The position numbers and the translations under genes were made by a program. Shown piece by piece: positions 1 to 9,456 of a DNA stretch of 64,000 bases. The stretch comes from Candidatus Dojkabacteria bacterium (lineage in GTDB: Bacteria; Patescibacteriota; Dojkabacteria; B142; JAFGFJ01), in assembly GCA_016931155.1 (NCBI GenBank), contig JAFGFJ010000005.1:1547-65546 (forward strand), written 5' to 3'. A model generated the notes under the pieces. It saw only the letters and a program-made list of their open reading frames with translations. It was not told the DNA's origin and ran no database searches. Position 1 is the stretch's first letter; each line of letters starts with the position of its first letter.

Positions 1-159
1 CTCAAGTGACCTGTAAAATGCCATTTTGCTGAATTCTTCATTCTTCTTCTCTCTCCAGGAGATACTTCTCTCTACTTCACTTCCTATATTTGCCATTTGT
101 TCAAGGAAGGGCATTTTACGCCACTTTCCTGCGGCAAGCTCCTTATGCTGGTTGTTCAT
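1..159 (-). CDS. Conserved hypothetical protein, partial (runs off window start)
   Basis: Minus-strand ATG at 159 overlaps the TGA stop of the upstream gene (ATGA); reads MNNQHKELAAGKWRKMPFLEQMANIGSEVERSISW... open to the window edge; not in the ORF track. Confidence 0.7.
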   Translation of the reverse strand, partial: MNNQHKELAAGKWRKMPFLEQMANIGSEVERSISWREKKNEEFSKMAFYRSLE

Positions 160-500
160 TCTTTAACAAGTTTATTTACAATACTGATGATTTTTTCCTG
201 GATCCCGGGATTGTCAACGCCTCGGCTTAGGTTGTTCTGTGTAGGTCTAAGGTTTATCATTGAATCAAATTCTATTCTTTTATCCTTGCTCAGACTGGGA
301 TAAATATTTATTCCCCACAGATTATCTTGACTTGATTCTTCTTCAAGCAATAAAGCTTCTTCATCAGAGTGCAATTCCCCGCCAATTGCCATTATTTCTT
401 TTTCAATATCGACAACAGCCTTAACAAGATTTCCAAAGGATTTTTCTGCCTGTTCTTTAAGCTCGTCGAGAGTTATTGTGTTTCTGATAATCTGAATCAT
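156..500 (-). CDS. DUF5674-family protein
   Basis: 114 aa with KAVVDI..GGELHSD.E..LL...S.Q.NLWG.N...EFDSMIN.RP pattern that I recognise as DUF5674. Confidence 0.75.
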   Translation of the reverse strand: MIQIIRNTITLDELKEQAEKSFGNLVKAVVDIEKEIMAIGGELHSDEEALLLEEESSQDNLWGINIYPSLSKDKRIEFDSMINLRPTQNNLSRGVDNPGIQEKIISIVNKLVKE

Positions 501-575
501 TGTGAAATTATATTAGCATATTCTTTTCTTCTTCAAACCAAATTACTCTATCAAAGTAAGTTTTTGATGGCTGGA

Positions 576-622
576 GTGTGCGATGTGGTGTGATGTGGTG
601 CGATGTGATGTGGTGCGATGTG
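576..622 (+). repeat. Degenerate pentamer repeat tract (GATGT/GGTGC/GGTGT units)
   Basis: gtgtgcgatgtggtgtgatgtggtgcgatgtgatgtggtgcgatgtg read directly; G/T-rich intergenic sequence. Confidence 0.8.
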
Positions 623-754
623 AAGGTAGTGTGAAAGTGGGGAGAAGTGATGTGTTTGCTGTGCTGTATTGTTAGGGTATTTGATGTGTTGGGCTTTTAC
701 ATTGCATTGTAAGGATATGGGCAAGGGAGTAAAATTAGGATTAATAATCAATTT

Positions 755-3700
755 ATGGTCACGAAAGAGATCTTCAAACGAAAACTTCAGAACCTGGTCG
801 AAAGATTTCAGAAATTTGAAATTGAGAACAAAAGATCAATTTATAACGAAACGCTTGCAAGACGTGATTTCATTGATCCGTTTTTTGAAGCTCTTGGCTG
901 GGATATAGACAACAGGAAAGGTCTCTCTTTCGACTCCCGGGAAGTTATACATGAGGATCAGCTTAAAATACAAGGTAAGTTTAAAGCTCCTGACTACTGT
1001 TTCAGAATTGATGGGAGAAGAAAATTCTTTGTGGAGGCAAAGAAACCCTCGATAGATATTAAACGGGGATTCTCAGAGTCGCTTCAGCTCAGACGCTATG
1101 GCTGGAATGGTGAGACTTCTCTTTCTATCCTTACCGATTTTGAGGAACTTGCTATTTATGATACGAGGATTAAACCAAAGCTTTCCGACACTTCCAAAAT
1201 TGCAAGAATTGAATACATAAAATACACAGAATATTTGGATAAATGGGAGCATATTTACGATATTTTCTCGAAAGAAGCAGTCGAAGGCGGGAAATTTGAT
1301 GAATTCATTGGTAAGCCAATTAAAGGAGTACTCAGTGTTGATAAGGACTTTCTCGAAACTATTAGCAATTGGAGAAACTGGTTAGCGAAAGATATTGCTA
1401 CAAATAACAAGAAAATAACCATAGAGAACCTGAACCTTACTGTTCAGAAGCTGATCGATAGAATTATCTTTTTAAGGATTGCAGAAGATAGAGGTTTGGA
1501 AGAATATGGGAATTTGCAAAATTTAATCAAATACAAAGACTCCTACAAAAGACTTGTAGAACATTTTGTGGTAGCTAATAAGAAATACGATAGTAATTTA
1601 TTCGAATTTGAAAGTGGATTGACCCCGAATTTGAAAATATCGGATAAGATTTTGGATAAAATATTAGATGATCTCTACTACCCTACTTCACCGTATGAAT
1701 TTTCTGTAATTGGTGTTGAATTGCTAGGAAAAATTTACGAGCAATTTTTAGGAAAAGTAATCAGGCTAACTTCCTCACACAATGCTGTAGTTGAAGAAAA
1801 ACCTGAGGTTAGAAAAGCTGGAGGCGTATACTACACTCCAAAGTATATTGTCGAATATATTGTCAAAAATACAGTTGGGGAGCTTGTTAAAGGAAAGACT
1901 CCAAAGCAAATTGAAAAAATAAAAATAGTTGATCCAGCGTGTGGTAGTGGAAGCTTTCTTATTGGAGCATATGATTATTTGCTGGATTACCATTTAAATT
2001 ACTATATGAAATCCAATCCTTCACAATACAAAAAGGAAGTTTTTAAAGACTCTTTAGGAAACTGGCTTCTAACTACTTTAGAAAAGAGGAAGATCCTTCT
2101 CAATAATATTTATGGTGTAGATATAGATAGACAGGCAGTTGAGGTGACGAAGCTGAGTTTATCTCTAAAAATGCTTGAAAACGAAAATAGAGAAACGATA
2201 AATCAGCAGCTAAAAATTTTTGCAGAAAGAATTCTTCCAGACCTTGAGGGTAATATCAAGTGTGGGAACTCACTAATTGGGAGTGATTATTGGGATGATA
2301 AGGATTTGAGTAAAGTAACTGAGGAAGAAATAAGAAAGGTAAATTCATTCGATTGGAAAAAAGAGTTTAGTGAAGTGTTTAAGCAAGGAGGGTTTGATGG
2401 GGTGATAGGGAATCCGCCGTATATTAAGATTCAGGGACTACAGGAATTTGCACCTGAACAAGTCTCATACTTGAAAAGTACATATGAGTCAGCCTCTAAA
2501 GGGAATATAGACATCTATGTAATGTTTTTGGAGAAGTCGCTTAAATTGCTCAACAAAACGGGACTTTCTGGCTTTATCTTACCACATAAATTCTTCCAAG
2601 CAGATTTCGGGTCTATGGTCAGGAGAATCATAAGTACAGGAAAATCTGTTAGAAAAGTACTAAGTTTTAGGGAAAAGCAAGTATTTACAAACGCAACTAC
2701 ATATACCTGCTTGTTATTTTTATCTGGAAGGCAGAATAAAGTCTTCAATTATTCACAAATACGAGAAAATCAAGACCCCGAAGGGTATCTTAAAAATGTA
2801 AAATTTAATAAATTGACAAGTGATCAACTGGATCATGATAAGTGGAATCTTACTAACCTGGAAACAAAATCTGTTTTAGATAAGTTAAATCGAAATACTA
2901 TTACGCTTGGTGACATCACTGAGAAAATTTTTGTTGGTTTACAGACAAGTGCTGATAAAATATACGTCTTAGAGATTTTGGGAGAGGATACAGATAACTA
3001 CAGACTGTTTTCGAAGAGTTTAGGAAGGGAGGAAATTTTAGAAAAAGGTCTTTGTAAGAAATTCCTAATGGGGAAAGAAGTCCACAGATACCAACCCTTG
3101 ACTGCAAAGAACGTTGTTATTTTTCCATATAAGTTAAATAAGAATGAACCTGAACTTATGCCACTAGACTACATACGTTTAAATTTCCCAAAAGGTTATG
3201 AATATATACTAAGAAATAAGGAAGAACTTGAGAGAAGAGAAAAAAGCAAATTCAAAGATAGCTGGTGGTGTTTTGGTAGGCCACAGAACTTACACGACTT
3301 TGATAAGGAGAAAATAGTGATGCCAGATATCTCTGTTAAACCCGAACTCACTTATGATGAGAGCAACTTGTATCATACGACGACAGTTTATAGCGTTCTC
3401 TTCAAGGAAATTAAGGAAGATCCGATCTATGTGCTTGGTGTATTAAATTCAAGCCTTTTTTGGTTCTTTATCAAAAATACTGGAACAGTTTTACGCGGTG
3501 ACTATATACGATTTAAGACAAATTATTTAAAACCATTTCCAATTAGATTAATTAATTTCCATAACAATGAAGAAAAAACAACTCATAACGATATCGTTAA
3601 AATGGTAAGACAAATTCTTAGTCTAAAAAAAGAGTTGATTTCAAATATGTCAAATTTGCAGAAGAAACTTAGTGAGAAGAGGATTGATAACTTGGAGATG

Positions 3701-3775
3701 AAGATCAATCAGGATGTTTATAAATTGTATAAATTAACAGAAACAGAAATAGGTATTATTGAGAAATCATTATGA
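755..3775 (+). CDS. Type IIG restriction-modification enzyme (fused endonuclease + N6-adenine methyltransferase + TaqI_C-like specificity region)
   Basis: 1006 aa; N-terminal PD..F.VEAKK nuclease motif (HSDR_N-like), GVYYTP, motif I DPACGSGSFL, motif IV GNPPY, C-terminal GVLNSSL specificity-domain signature. Confidence 0.92.
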   Translation: MVTKEIFKRKLQNLVERFQKFEIENKRSIYNETLARRDFIDPFFEALGWDIDNRKGLSFDSREVIHEDQLKIQGKFKAPDYCFRIDGRRKFFVEAKKPSIDIKRGFSESLQLRRYGWNGETSLSILTDFEELAIYDTRIKPKLSDTSKIARIEYIKYTEYLDKWEHIYDIFSKEAVEGGKFDEFIGKPIKGVLSVDKDFLETISNWRNWLAKDIATNNKKITIENLNLTVQKLIDRIIFLRIAEDRGLEEYGNLQNLIKYKDSYKRLVEHFVVANKKYDSNLFEFESGLTPNLKISDKILDKILDDLYYPTSPYEFSVIGVELLGKIYEQFLGKVIRLTSSHNAVVEEKPEVRKAGGVYYTPKYIVEYIVKNTVGELVKGKTPKQIEKIKIVDPACGSGSFLIGAYDYLLDYHLNYYMKSNPSQYKKEVFKDSLGNWLLTTLEKRKILLNNIYGVDIDRQAVEVTKLSLSLKMLENENRETINQQLKIFAERILPDLEGNIKCGNSLIGSDYWDDKDLSKVTEEEIRKVNSFDWKKEFSEVFKQGGFDGVIGNPPYIKIQGLQEFAPEQVSYLKSTYESASKGNIDIYVMFLEKSLKLLNKTGLSGFILPHKFFQADFGSMVRRIISTGKSVRKVLSFREKQVFTNATTYTCLLFLSGRQNKVFNYSQIRENQDPEGYLKNVKFNKLTSDQLDHDKWNLTNLETKSVLDKLNRNTITLGDITEKIFVGLQTSADKIYVLEILGEDTDNYRLFSKSLGREEILEKGLCKKFLMGKEVHRYQPLTAKNVVIFPYKLNKNEPELMPLDYIRLNFPKGYEYILRNKEELERREKSKFKDSWWCFGRPQNLHDFDKEKIVMPDISVKPELTYDESNLYHTTTVYSVLFKEIKEDPIYVLGVLNSSLFWFFIKNTGTVLRGDYIRFKTNYLKPFPIRLINFHNNEEKTTHNDIVKMVRQILSLKKELISNMSNLQKKLSEKRIDNLEMKINQDVYKLYKLTETEIGIIEKSL

Positions 3776-4473
3776 AAAACATAAAAGATGTAATAGGAAA
3801 AGGAAGCTCTAAGCTATTACAGAGCCACTTAATACAAAGGATTATCGACTTCGTTTTTTCCTTTAGCATAATGATCGTTGCCTATTTGCTTATTATCAAA
3901 TTGATTCAGCTTTTGACCAAAACTAGCCTTAGTTTTGACGATTCTGATAAACAAAACCTAGTACAAATTGCTTTATTAGCAGGACTGTTTGCGACGGTGA
4001 GAGAAGCAATAGCAAACAGACAAGAAGCAGTCAAACTAAGAGAATCTGAAGAAACACCTATTCTTACCATGCACATCAGGACGGTTGATATAAATGAGCT
4101 TAAAAAACATGGTCTTGATGGTTGGGATTTTTATAATATTGGTGAAAATATTTATAAATATATAGTTATTAGAAACACGGGGAAAGGTACAGCCCTTAAT
4201 CTCAAAGTTAATCCTATTGATAATCGAAACATGGAGTTTGCTGAATTTAAGAATTACGTCATTGCTCCTGGATCGGATGAGGTAGCAATTAAGCTAAAAA
4301 ACAAACCTGTAGATCAGAAAGAACTAAACGGGGTTCAGTATAAAATTGAAACTGAGACTATTTCAGGCAAAAAGTGGTTTTACAGATCAGAGATTAGAGA
4401 TGTAGAAAAAAATTACATTATGTTTGTAAAGATGACGGACAAAGAAGGAGAATTAATGAAAAACAATATCTAA
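3772..4473 (+). CDS. Hypothetical membrane protein in defence island
   Basis: 233 aa ORF overlapping the R-M stop (ATGA); two N-terminal hydrophobic segments then a soluble domain. Confidence 0.65.
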   Translation: MKNIKDVIGKGSSKLLQSHLIQRIIDFVFSFSIMIVAYLLIIKLIQLLTKTSLSFDDSDKQNLVQIALLAGLFATVREAIANRQEAVKLRESEETPILTMHIRTVDINELKKHGLDGWDFYNIGENIYKYIVIRNTGKGTALNLKVNPIDNRNMEFAEFKNYVIAPGSDEVAIKLKNKPVDQKELNGVQYKIETETISGKKWFYRSEIRDVEKNYIMFVKMTDKEGELMKNNI

Positions 4474-4489
4474 TTATTAAATTATATAA

Positions 4490-5368
4490 ATGTCAAAATC
4501 AAAAGAGGTAGCCATAAAAACTCTCTACAAAGTGTTCGAGATACTCAAAAGGAATAATAATCAACTGCCTGGTAAGGAGGTTCTAGCGCAAATAGAAAAA
4601 GAGGTAGAATTTACCGATTGGGAGAAAGAAAGATATGAGAAAACTGGATATATCAGATGGCAATCGATTATCCATTTTTATACTATAGATGCAATAAAAT
4701 CTGGACACTTATATAAGAAAAATGGCATTTGGTATTTAACTGAAGAGGGGGCAAAAGCTATGAAACTCGGACCAGAGAAGCTTTTCGAAAGTGCAAGGGA
4801 GGGCTATAAGAAATGGGCATCAGAGCGACCTGATGAAGTAGGAAGTGGTGAGCATGAAGATACGAGTCAGAGCCAGAAGGCGAACCTAGAACAACTCGAG
4901 GAGCAAGCATTTTTACAACTTGAAGATTATATTCGTTCATTAAACCCCTATGAATTTCAAGATATTGTAGCCGCTTTATTAAGAGGTATGGGTTACTACA
5001 CACCATTCGTAGCTCCAAGAGGAAAGGATAATGGAATTGATATTATTGCCTACAAAGATCCTATAGGTACGGAGAAACCGATAATAAAAGTTCAAGTAAA
5101 ACATCACCCTGATAGTTCGGTACAGTCTCAGGATATACAAAAACTCAAAGGTACTTTATCGCATGATGAAGAAGTCGGAATCTTTGTAACATCTGGGAAA
5201 TTTTCCTCCGGTGCCATTCGAGAAGCAAGAATGTCAAAATTGCATATAGAGACGATTGATTTTACGAGATTTGTTGAATTATGGAAGCAATTTTACAATA
5301 AGCTTTCTGATGAAGATAAAAATTTATTGCCGTTACATCCAATTTACTTCCTTGGTACGAATGAATAA
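4490..5368 (+). CDS. mrr: Mrr-family (type IV) restriction endonuclease
   Basis: N-terminal Mrr_N winged-helix-like region (G.WYLTEEG) and catalytic D.GIDII...VQVK...GIFVTSGKFS..A motif. Confidence 0.88.
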   Translation: MSKSKEVAIKTLYKVFEILKRNNNQLPGKEVLAQIEKEVEFTDWEKERYEKTGYIRWQSIIHFYTIDAIKSGHLYKKNGIWYLTEEGAKAMKLGPEKLFESAREGYKKWASERPDEVGSGEHEDTSQSQKANLEQLEEQAFLQLEDYIRSLNPYEFQDIVAALLRGMGYYTPFVAPRGKDNGIDIIAYKDPIGTEKPIIKVQVKHHPDSSVQSQDIQKLKGTLSHDEEVGIFVTSGKFSSGAIREARMSKLHIETIDFTRFVELWKQFYNKLSDEDKNLLPLHPIYFLGTNE

Positions 5369-5504
5369 AACCTTTTAAGGAAAAACTCTAACTAATGAGG
5401 ATATTGAGTATTAACAAAAGATTATTATTGCACTTGTAGAAAAGAAATAGGGGTCAAGTCGCCTACTCCTTCTCTTAACCCCTATGAAGTTTAATAAATT
5501 ATTT

Positions 5505-5804
5505 CTAAATATTTCTTTTTAAACAATCTGGAAGATTTACTAAATTATCTTCTTTTTTGCTATTTGGATCACTTCGTAGATACCACTCATCTGTTTTATC
5601 ATGTGGTATCCATTTGCAATCAACTCTCGTATTATTCTTTATGTTATAACAAATAAATGTATCAGTATTTCTATATACCTGATTACTAAATGATGTTTTA
5701 GATATTATTGTGTATCTATTTGATCCATCGTTGTTGTATCCGTAATGAGTGATCTCACTTTCAAGGTCACCATTTTTGGTTGTTGCTATAATAAAATATT
5801 TCAT
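5505..5804 (-). CDS. DUF3892-family protein
   Basis: 99 aa with ITH near the N-terminus and C-terminal YLRSDPN....DNL.NLP signature. Confidence 0.7.
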   Translation of the reverse strand: MKYFIIATTKNGDLESEITHYGYNNDGSNRYTIISKTSFSNQVYRNTDTFICYNIKNNTRVDCKWIPHDKTDEWYLRSDPNSKKEDNLVNLPDCLKRNI

Positions 5805-5983
5805 TTGATTTTATTAAAAATTATAATTTGTTTACTTTTTTACAAAGTCGCATACATTATGACTTGCAAACTCTTTGAAATTAATCAATAATTAATTTGA
5901 TTCAAGGGGACTCTTCGAGATTGCTGAAGAGTTCTCTTTTTTATTCATTCATAATAGTTTATTAATAAATAAAATAAGGCAAC

Positions 5984-6006
5984 AAAAAACCGCCTTTTCT
6001 GGCGGT
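5984..6006 (-). terminator. Intrinsic terminator-like hairpin
   Basis: Minus strand ACCGCC-AGAAAA-GGCGGT followed by TTTTTT. Confidence 0.55.
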
Positions 6007-6340
6007 CTGTATGTGAATTTAATCTCCTTCTATTGTTAAAGCAATAAATATAATTAAAATTCACTGACTACCCACCAGTAGCTCATAAGTGGCAAAACTT
6101 GTGAGACTGGCTGATTATATATACTGAAACTTACTTGTGCAACACAATCTTTAGATGTGTACTTTATTTATTATAAAGCCTTTTCTGGTATAATGTATCA
6201 AATCTTTGTACAGTCTTTGATGTTAAATAAATTGAAAAACAAAGATATTTCTTCAACGACTAACACGATCAGGTCTGATTGCTGCTAGGTTTCTTATTAC
6301 ATAGCTTCTAGTAGTCAGATTTTCAAATCAGATTTAGCCT

Positions 6341-7093
6341 TTACACCGGCCTCAATGTCCCTGCAAACACCTGCCAGGCAAGGAGGCTTTTGGCAACCAA
6401 GCTCAAAATTATATATACCTTTTCTCCCCATAAATAATCCTTCCACTTCCCTACTCTTCTGTACTGAAGAAACATATTTATCGCAAAGACGTTGAAGAAC
6501 AGGAAAATACTGAAGAATATATAATAAACAAAATCCGGAGCCTTGGATTCACCTTCTCCTGAACCAAAAAGATAAAGTGCTACAACTACCCATGGGACTA
6601 TCCCTGCAAAACATCCCATTATAAATGCTGTCCAGTTGGTCTTTTTCGTTGTCTGGTTGTGAACTTCCATCACCCATCCAAACAGAATCATCGTTGCATT
6701 TAAGCTAAACATCAAAAGCAAAGAACTGAAATCATAAACGCCAACGAGAAGAGCTATTACGACTATCATTACAGATGAGCTGAATGAATATTCAATCCAC
6801 CTTGCATAATTGATCCCTTTTTCTAGATTTCGTTTGTACCATTCATAAATCCCGGGCAGAGAAATTGTAAAATGAGCGATTGCAGAAAGAAATAGAAAAC
6901 CTGCAACAAGATAACCAAGTTTGACCTGTGTTAATTGCTCAACACTTGGGATAAGAGTAAAAGTAGCTTCATCAAGCTTGAGGTAACTGGTGTTTACAGG
7001 AAGCTTAAAATCATTTGTAAGAATGACCATTAAGATGCCTTGAAGGAGATGAAATCCTCCCATAAATAGATTAAAGGTTCGAAGGTTTTTCAT
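6341..7093 (-). CDS. Heliorhodopsin
   Basis: FH..QG in TM1, SAIAH, RWIEYSFSSS.M (counterion Glu), and YIILSLVAKSLLAW (retinal-binding Lys); 7 hydrophobic segments; likely start is ATG 7093 (ORF track extends to 7141). Confidence 0.93.
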   Translation of the reverse strand: MKNLRTFNLFMGGFHLLQGILMVILTNDFKLPVNTSYLKLDEATFTLIPSVEQLTQVKLGYLVAGFLFLSAIAHFTISLPGIYEWYKRNLEKGINYARWIEYSFSSSVMIVVIALLVGVYDFSSLLLMFSLNATMILFGWVMEVHNQTTKKTNWTAFIMGCFAGIVPWVVVALYLFGSGEGESKAPDFVYYIFFSIFLFFNVFAINMFLQYRRVGKWKDYLWGEKVYIILSLVAKSLLAWQVFAGTLRPV

Positions 7094-7410
7094 GAAGAGT
7101 GCGTAAAATGTATACCATAACTCTAAATGATTATTTTTCAAATCACAAGAAGGTAGAGTACCTGCGAAGAGAGATTAAGCATTTTAATTATTTCCAGAAA
7201 TCTCAATTGAAAAAATCGAAAATGATTTACCGTGTAGTATTGACTATTCAAATTAAACCTCACACAGGAGGGATAAGAGAATTTGACAGATGAAGATGGG
7301 GAAATAATACAAACGGAGAATATTTATTAGAAAGGTTGTAGTTAAGTATATAAGTACGCTATAATCTAGTGTTGTGACAAACTCGTTGTTTGACGAAACA
7401 AACTAAATTG

Positions 7411-7438
7411 AAATGCTTCAGTTCTGGAAGCATTTTTT
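7411..7438 (+). terminator. Terminator-like hairpin upstream of ORF 7503
   Basis: AAATGCTTC-agttctg-GAAGCATTT followed by TTT. Confidence 0.5.
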
Positions 7439-7502
7439 AGTGAGTTGTTAATATATAGGTCAAAACCAACAGAGTTGGTTTCTTAAATCATTAAAATATA
7501 CT

Positions 7503-7916
7503 ATGGGTAATGGTTTTGATAATTTTCTTTTCTATGATGACCTCGCTGTACTTGAAATTTTTGAAATTAAATGTTCTGGGGTACATGTAGTAAATGATCC
7601 GGATGAATCAAAAGTACCTGACCGCCCAGATATCCATGAGAATTACAAACCGGAGAAAATGGGCATTTTCACAGCTGCAGATGATAATACAAAAATGTTT
7701 GTGGGTATTACCTGGAGATATGTTGGTGATCCGGAAATTGATTTTGATGCCAAAAAAACTGCTGAACAATTTGCGATTGATAGGTATCATTTATGCAAAA
7801 ATTGTCTTATGAATATTTTGGGGCAATGCTTGGGTCAGAAAGTATCTGTTCACATTGTTGGAGGTATATTATCTATAAGATATACAGCTAGAGTAATAGT
7901 ACTTGATAATAATTAG
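7503..7916 (+). CDS. Hypothetical protein
   Basis: 137 aa ATG-initiated ORF filling the gap before the zwf stop; no recognised motif. Confidence 0.55.
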   Translation: MGNGFDNFLFYDDLAVLEIFEIKCSGVHVVNDPDESKVPDRPDIHENYKPEKMGIFTAADDNTKMFVGITWRYVGDPEIDFDAKKTAEQFAIDRYHLCKNCLMNILGQCLGQKVSVHIVGGILSIRYTARVIVLDNN

Positions 7917-7928
7917 GGTGAAATAGAG

Positions 7929-9386
7929 TTAGTTAATCCACTTTCTTCCGTCTCTTCTTATTAGATCTTCTGCTTCATTAGGTCCCAAGGTGCCTTTTTC
8001 ATAGTTCGGGAAATTGGGCGGCGGCATCCTGTTCCACTCTTTTCTTATGTGATCAACGAATTCCCAGCTTGCCTCAATTTCATCATTTCTAACGAATAAA
8101 GTTGAATCACCTCTTATAATATCCAATATTAATGTTTCATAAGCATCAGGGATTTTTTCTTTAAATTCTTCTCTGTATTTAAGATCGAGGTTTGCAAGCT
8201 CGACCTTTTCCTTACCGGGGGTTTTGTTCAAAAGTTTGATCTCAATTCCCTCATCCGGCTGGATGTTATATGTGAGTGTATTGGCACAGTAGTCAGAGGA
8301 AATGAGAAGGTCTTCATCTCCCTTGAATTTGATAATAATTTTTGTCTGCTTTTCTTTAAGCTTTTTACCTGAACGAATGTATATTGGAACATTCTCCCAT
8401 CTTTCGTTTTCTATAAATAGCTTCATTGCTACGAATGTTTCTACATATGAGGACTTATCTACTCCTTTTTCTTCTCTGTATCCTTTGTACTGCCCTCTTA
8501 CAATATGCTCCCTGATTTCATCTTTTGAATAAAGTCTGAGGGATCGAATAATATCTGCTTTTTCGTTTCTAATGTGCTTCTCATCAAAATACTCAGGTTT
8601 CTCCATGGCAATGTGGGCAACCAGCTGGAGAGCATGATTTTGTATGATATCCCGGAGTGCACCGGCGTTTTCATAATATGTTCCTCTGCTTTCAAGACCT
8701 ATTGATTCGAGAATGGAAATCTGTACATGGTCGATAGACTTTTTGTCCCAGGATGTATCGAATGCCTGGTTTGCAAATCTAAAGAACAGGAGATTTTGAA
8801 CAGTTTCTTTGCCAAGGTAATGGTCGATCCTGTAAATTTGCTCCTCCTTAAATACTTTTTTTAGCTCTTTGTTCAAAATCTCCGCACTTTTAAGATCGTT
8901 TCCAAATGGCTTTTCCACTACAATCCGGGTATTTTTTCCTTCGCAGATACTTCGAAGCTTTGATGACTGTATATTCTGGATGATTGGATAATAGGCTTGA
9001 GCTGGGGTTGCAAGGTATAGAATAATTTCTGCATTGTAGTCAAACTTTTTTAAAAAACCCTCAATTTTTAGTGAAATTTCCTCGAAATCATTCCTTTCTG
9101 CAAAAAATCCCTGGTGATAAAAAATGTTTTTTGTAAATTTTTCCCACAATTTCCCTGTGTTTTTTCCATCTTTTTTTAATTTGGAATATAGACTTTTTCT
9201 ATATTCTGTGTCTGAGAGCGGTTTTCTGGAGAAACCCAGTATTTTGAAATTTTCTGGAAGAAGCTTCTGCCTGTACAAACTGAAAATAGCTGGTAAAAGT
9301 TTTCTGTGAGTCAAATCCCCTGCTCCACCAAAAATTACAAAGAAAACAGGAATGTCATTGATTTTGTTTTTGAGTAGTTCTATCAA
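7929..9386 (-). CDS. zwf: Glucose-6-phosphate 1-dehydrogenase
   Basis: IFGGAGDL..RKL, VEKPFG.DL, RIDHYLGKETVQN motifs; TTG start. Confidence 0.97.
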   Translation of the reverse strand: MIELLKNKINDIPVFFVIFGGAGDLTHRKLLPAIFSLYRQKLLPENFKILGFSRKPLSDTEYRKSLYSKLKKDGKNTGKLWEKFTKNIFYHQGFFAERNDFEEISLKIEGFLKKFDYNAEIILYLATPAQAYYPIIQNIQSSKLRSICEGKNTRIVVEKPFGNDLKSAEILNKELKKVFKEEQIYRIDHYLGKETVQNLLFFRFANQAFDTSWDKKSIDHVQISILESIGLESRGTYYENAGALRDIIQNHALQLVAHIAMEKPEYFDEKHIRNEKADIIRSLRLYSKDEIREHIVRGQYKGYREEKGVDKSSYVETFVAMKLFIENERWENVPIYIRSGKKLKEKQTKIIIKFKGDEDLLISSDYCANTLTYNIQPDEGIEIKLLNKTPGKEKVELANLDLKYREEFKEKIPDAYETLILDIIRGDSTLFVRNDEIEASWEFVDHIRKEWNRMPPPNFPNYEKGTLGPNEAEDLIRRDGRKWIN

Positions 9387-9456
9387 GATTAATTGAAAAC
9401 TTTGGACTAATCCAATATATTTAAATAAAGGTAATTAAGCAAGTAATGATTATTAG

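Noticed and set aside
551-751. His-rich 66-aa ORF (HIAPHHIAPHH)
   Set aside because: It is a translation of the pentamer repeat tract; no RBS or family support.
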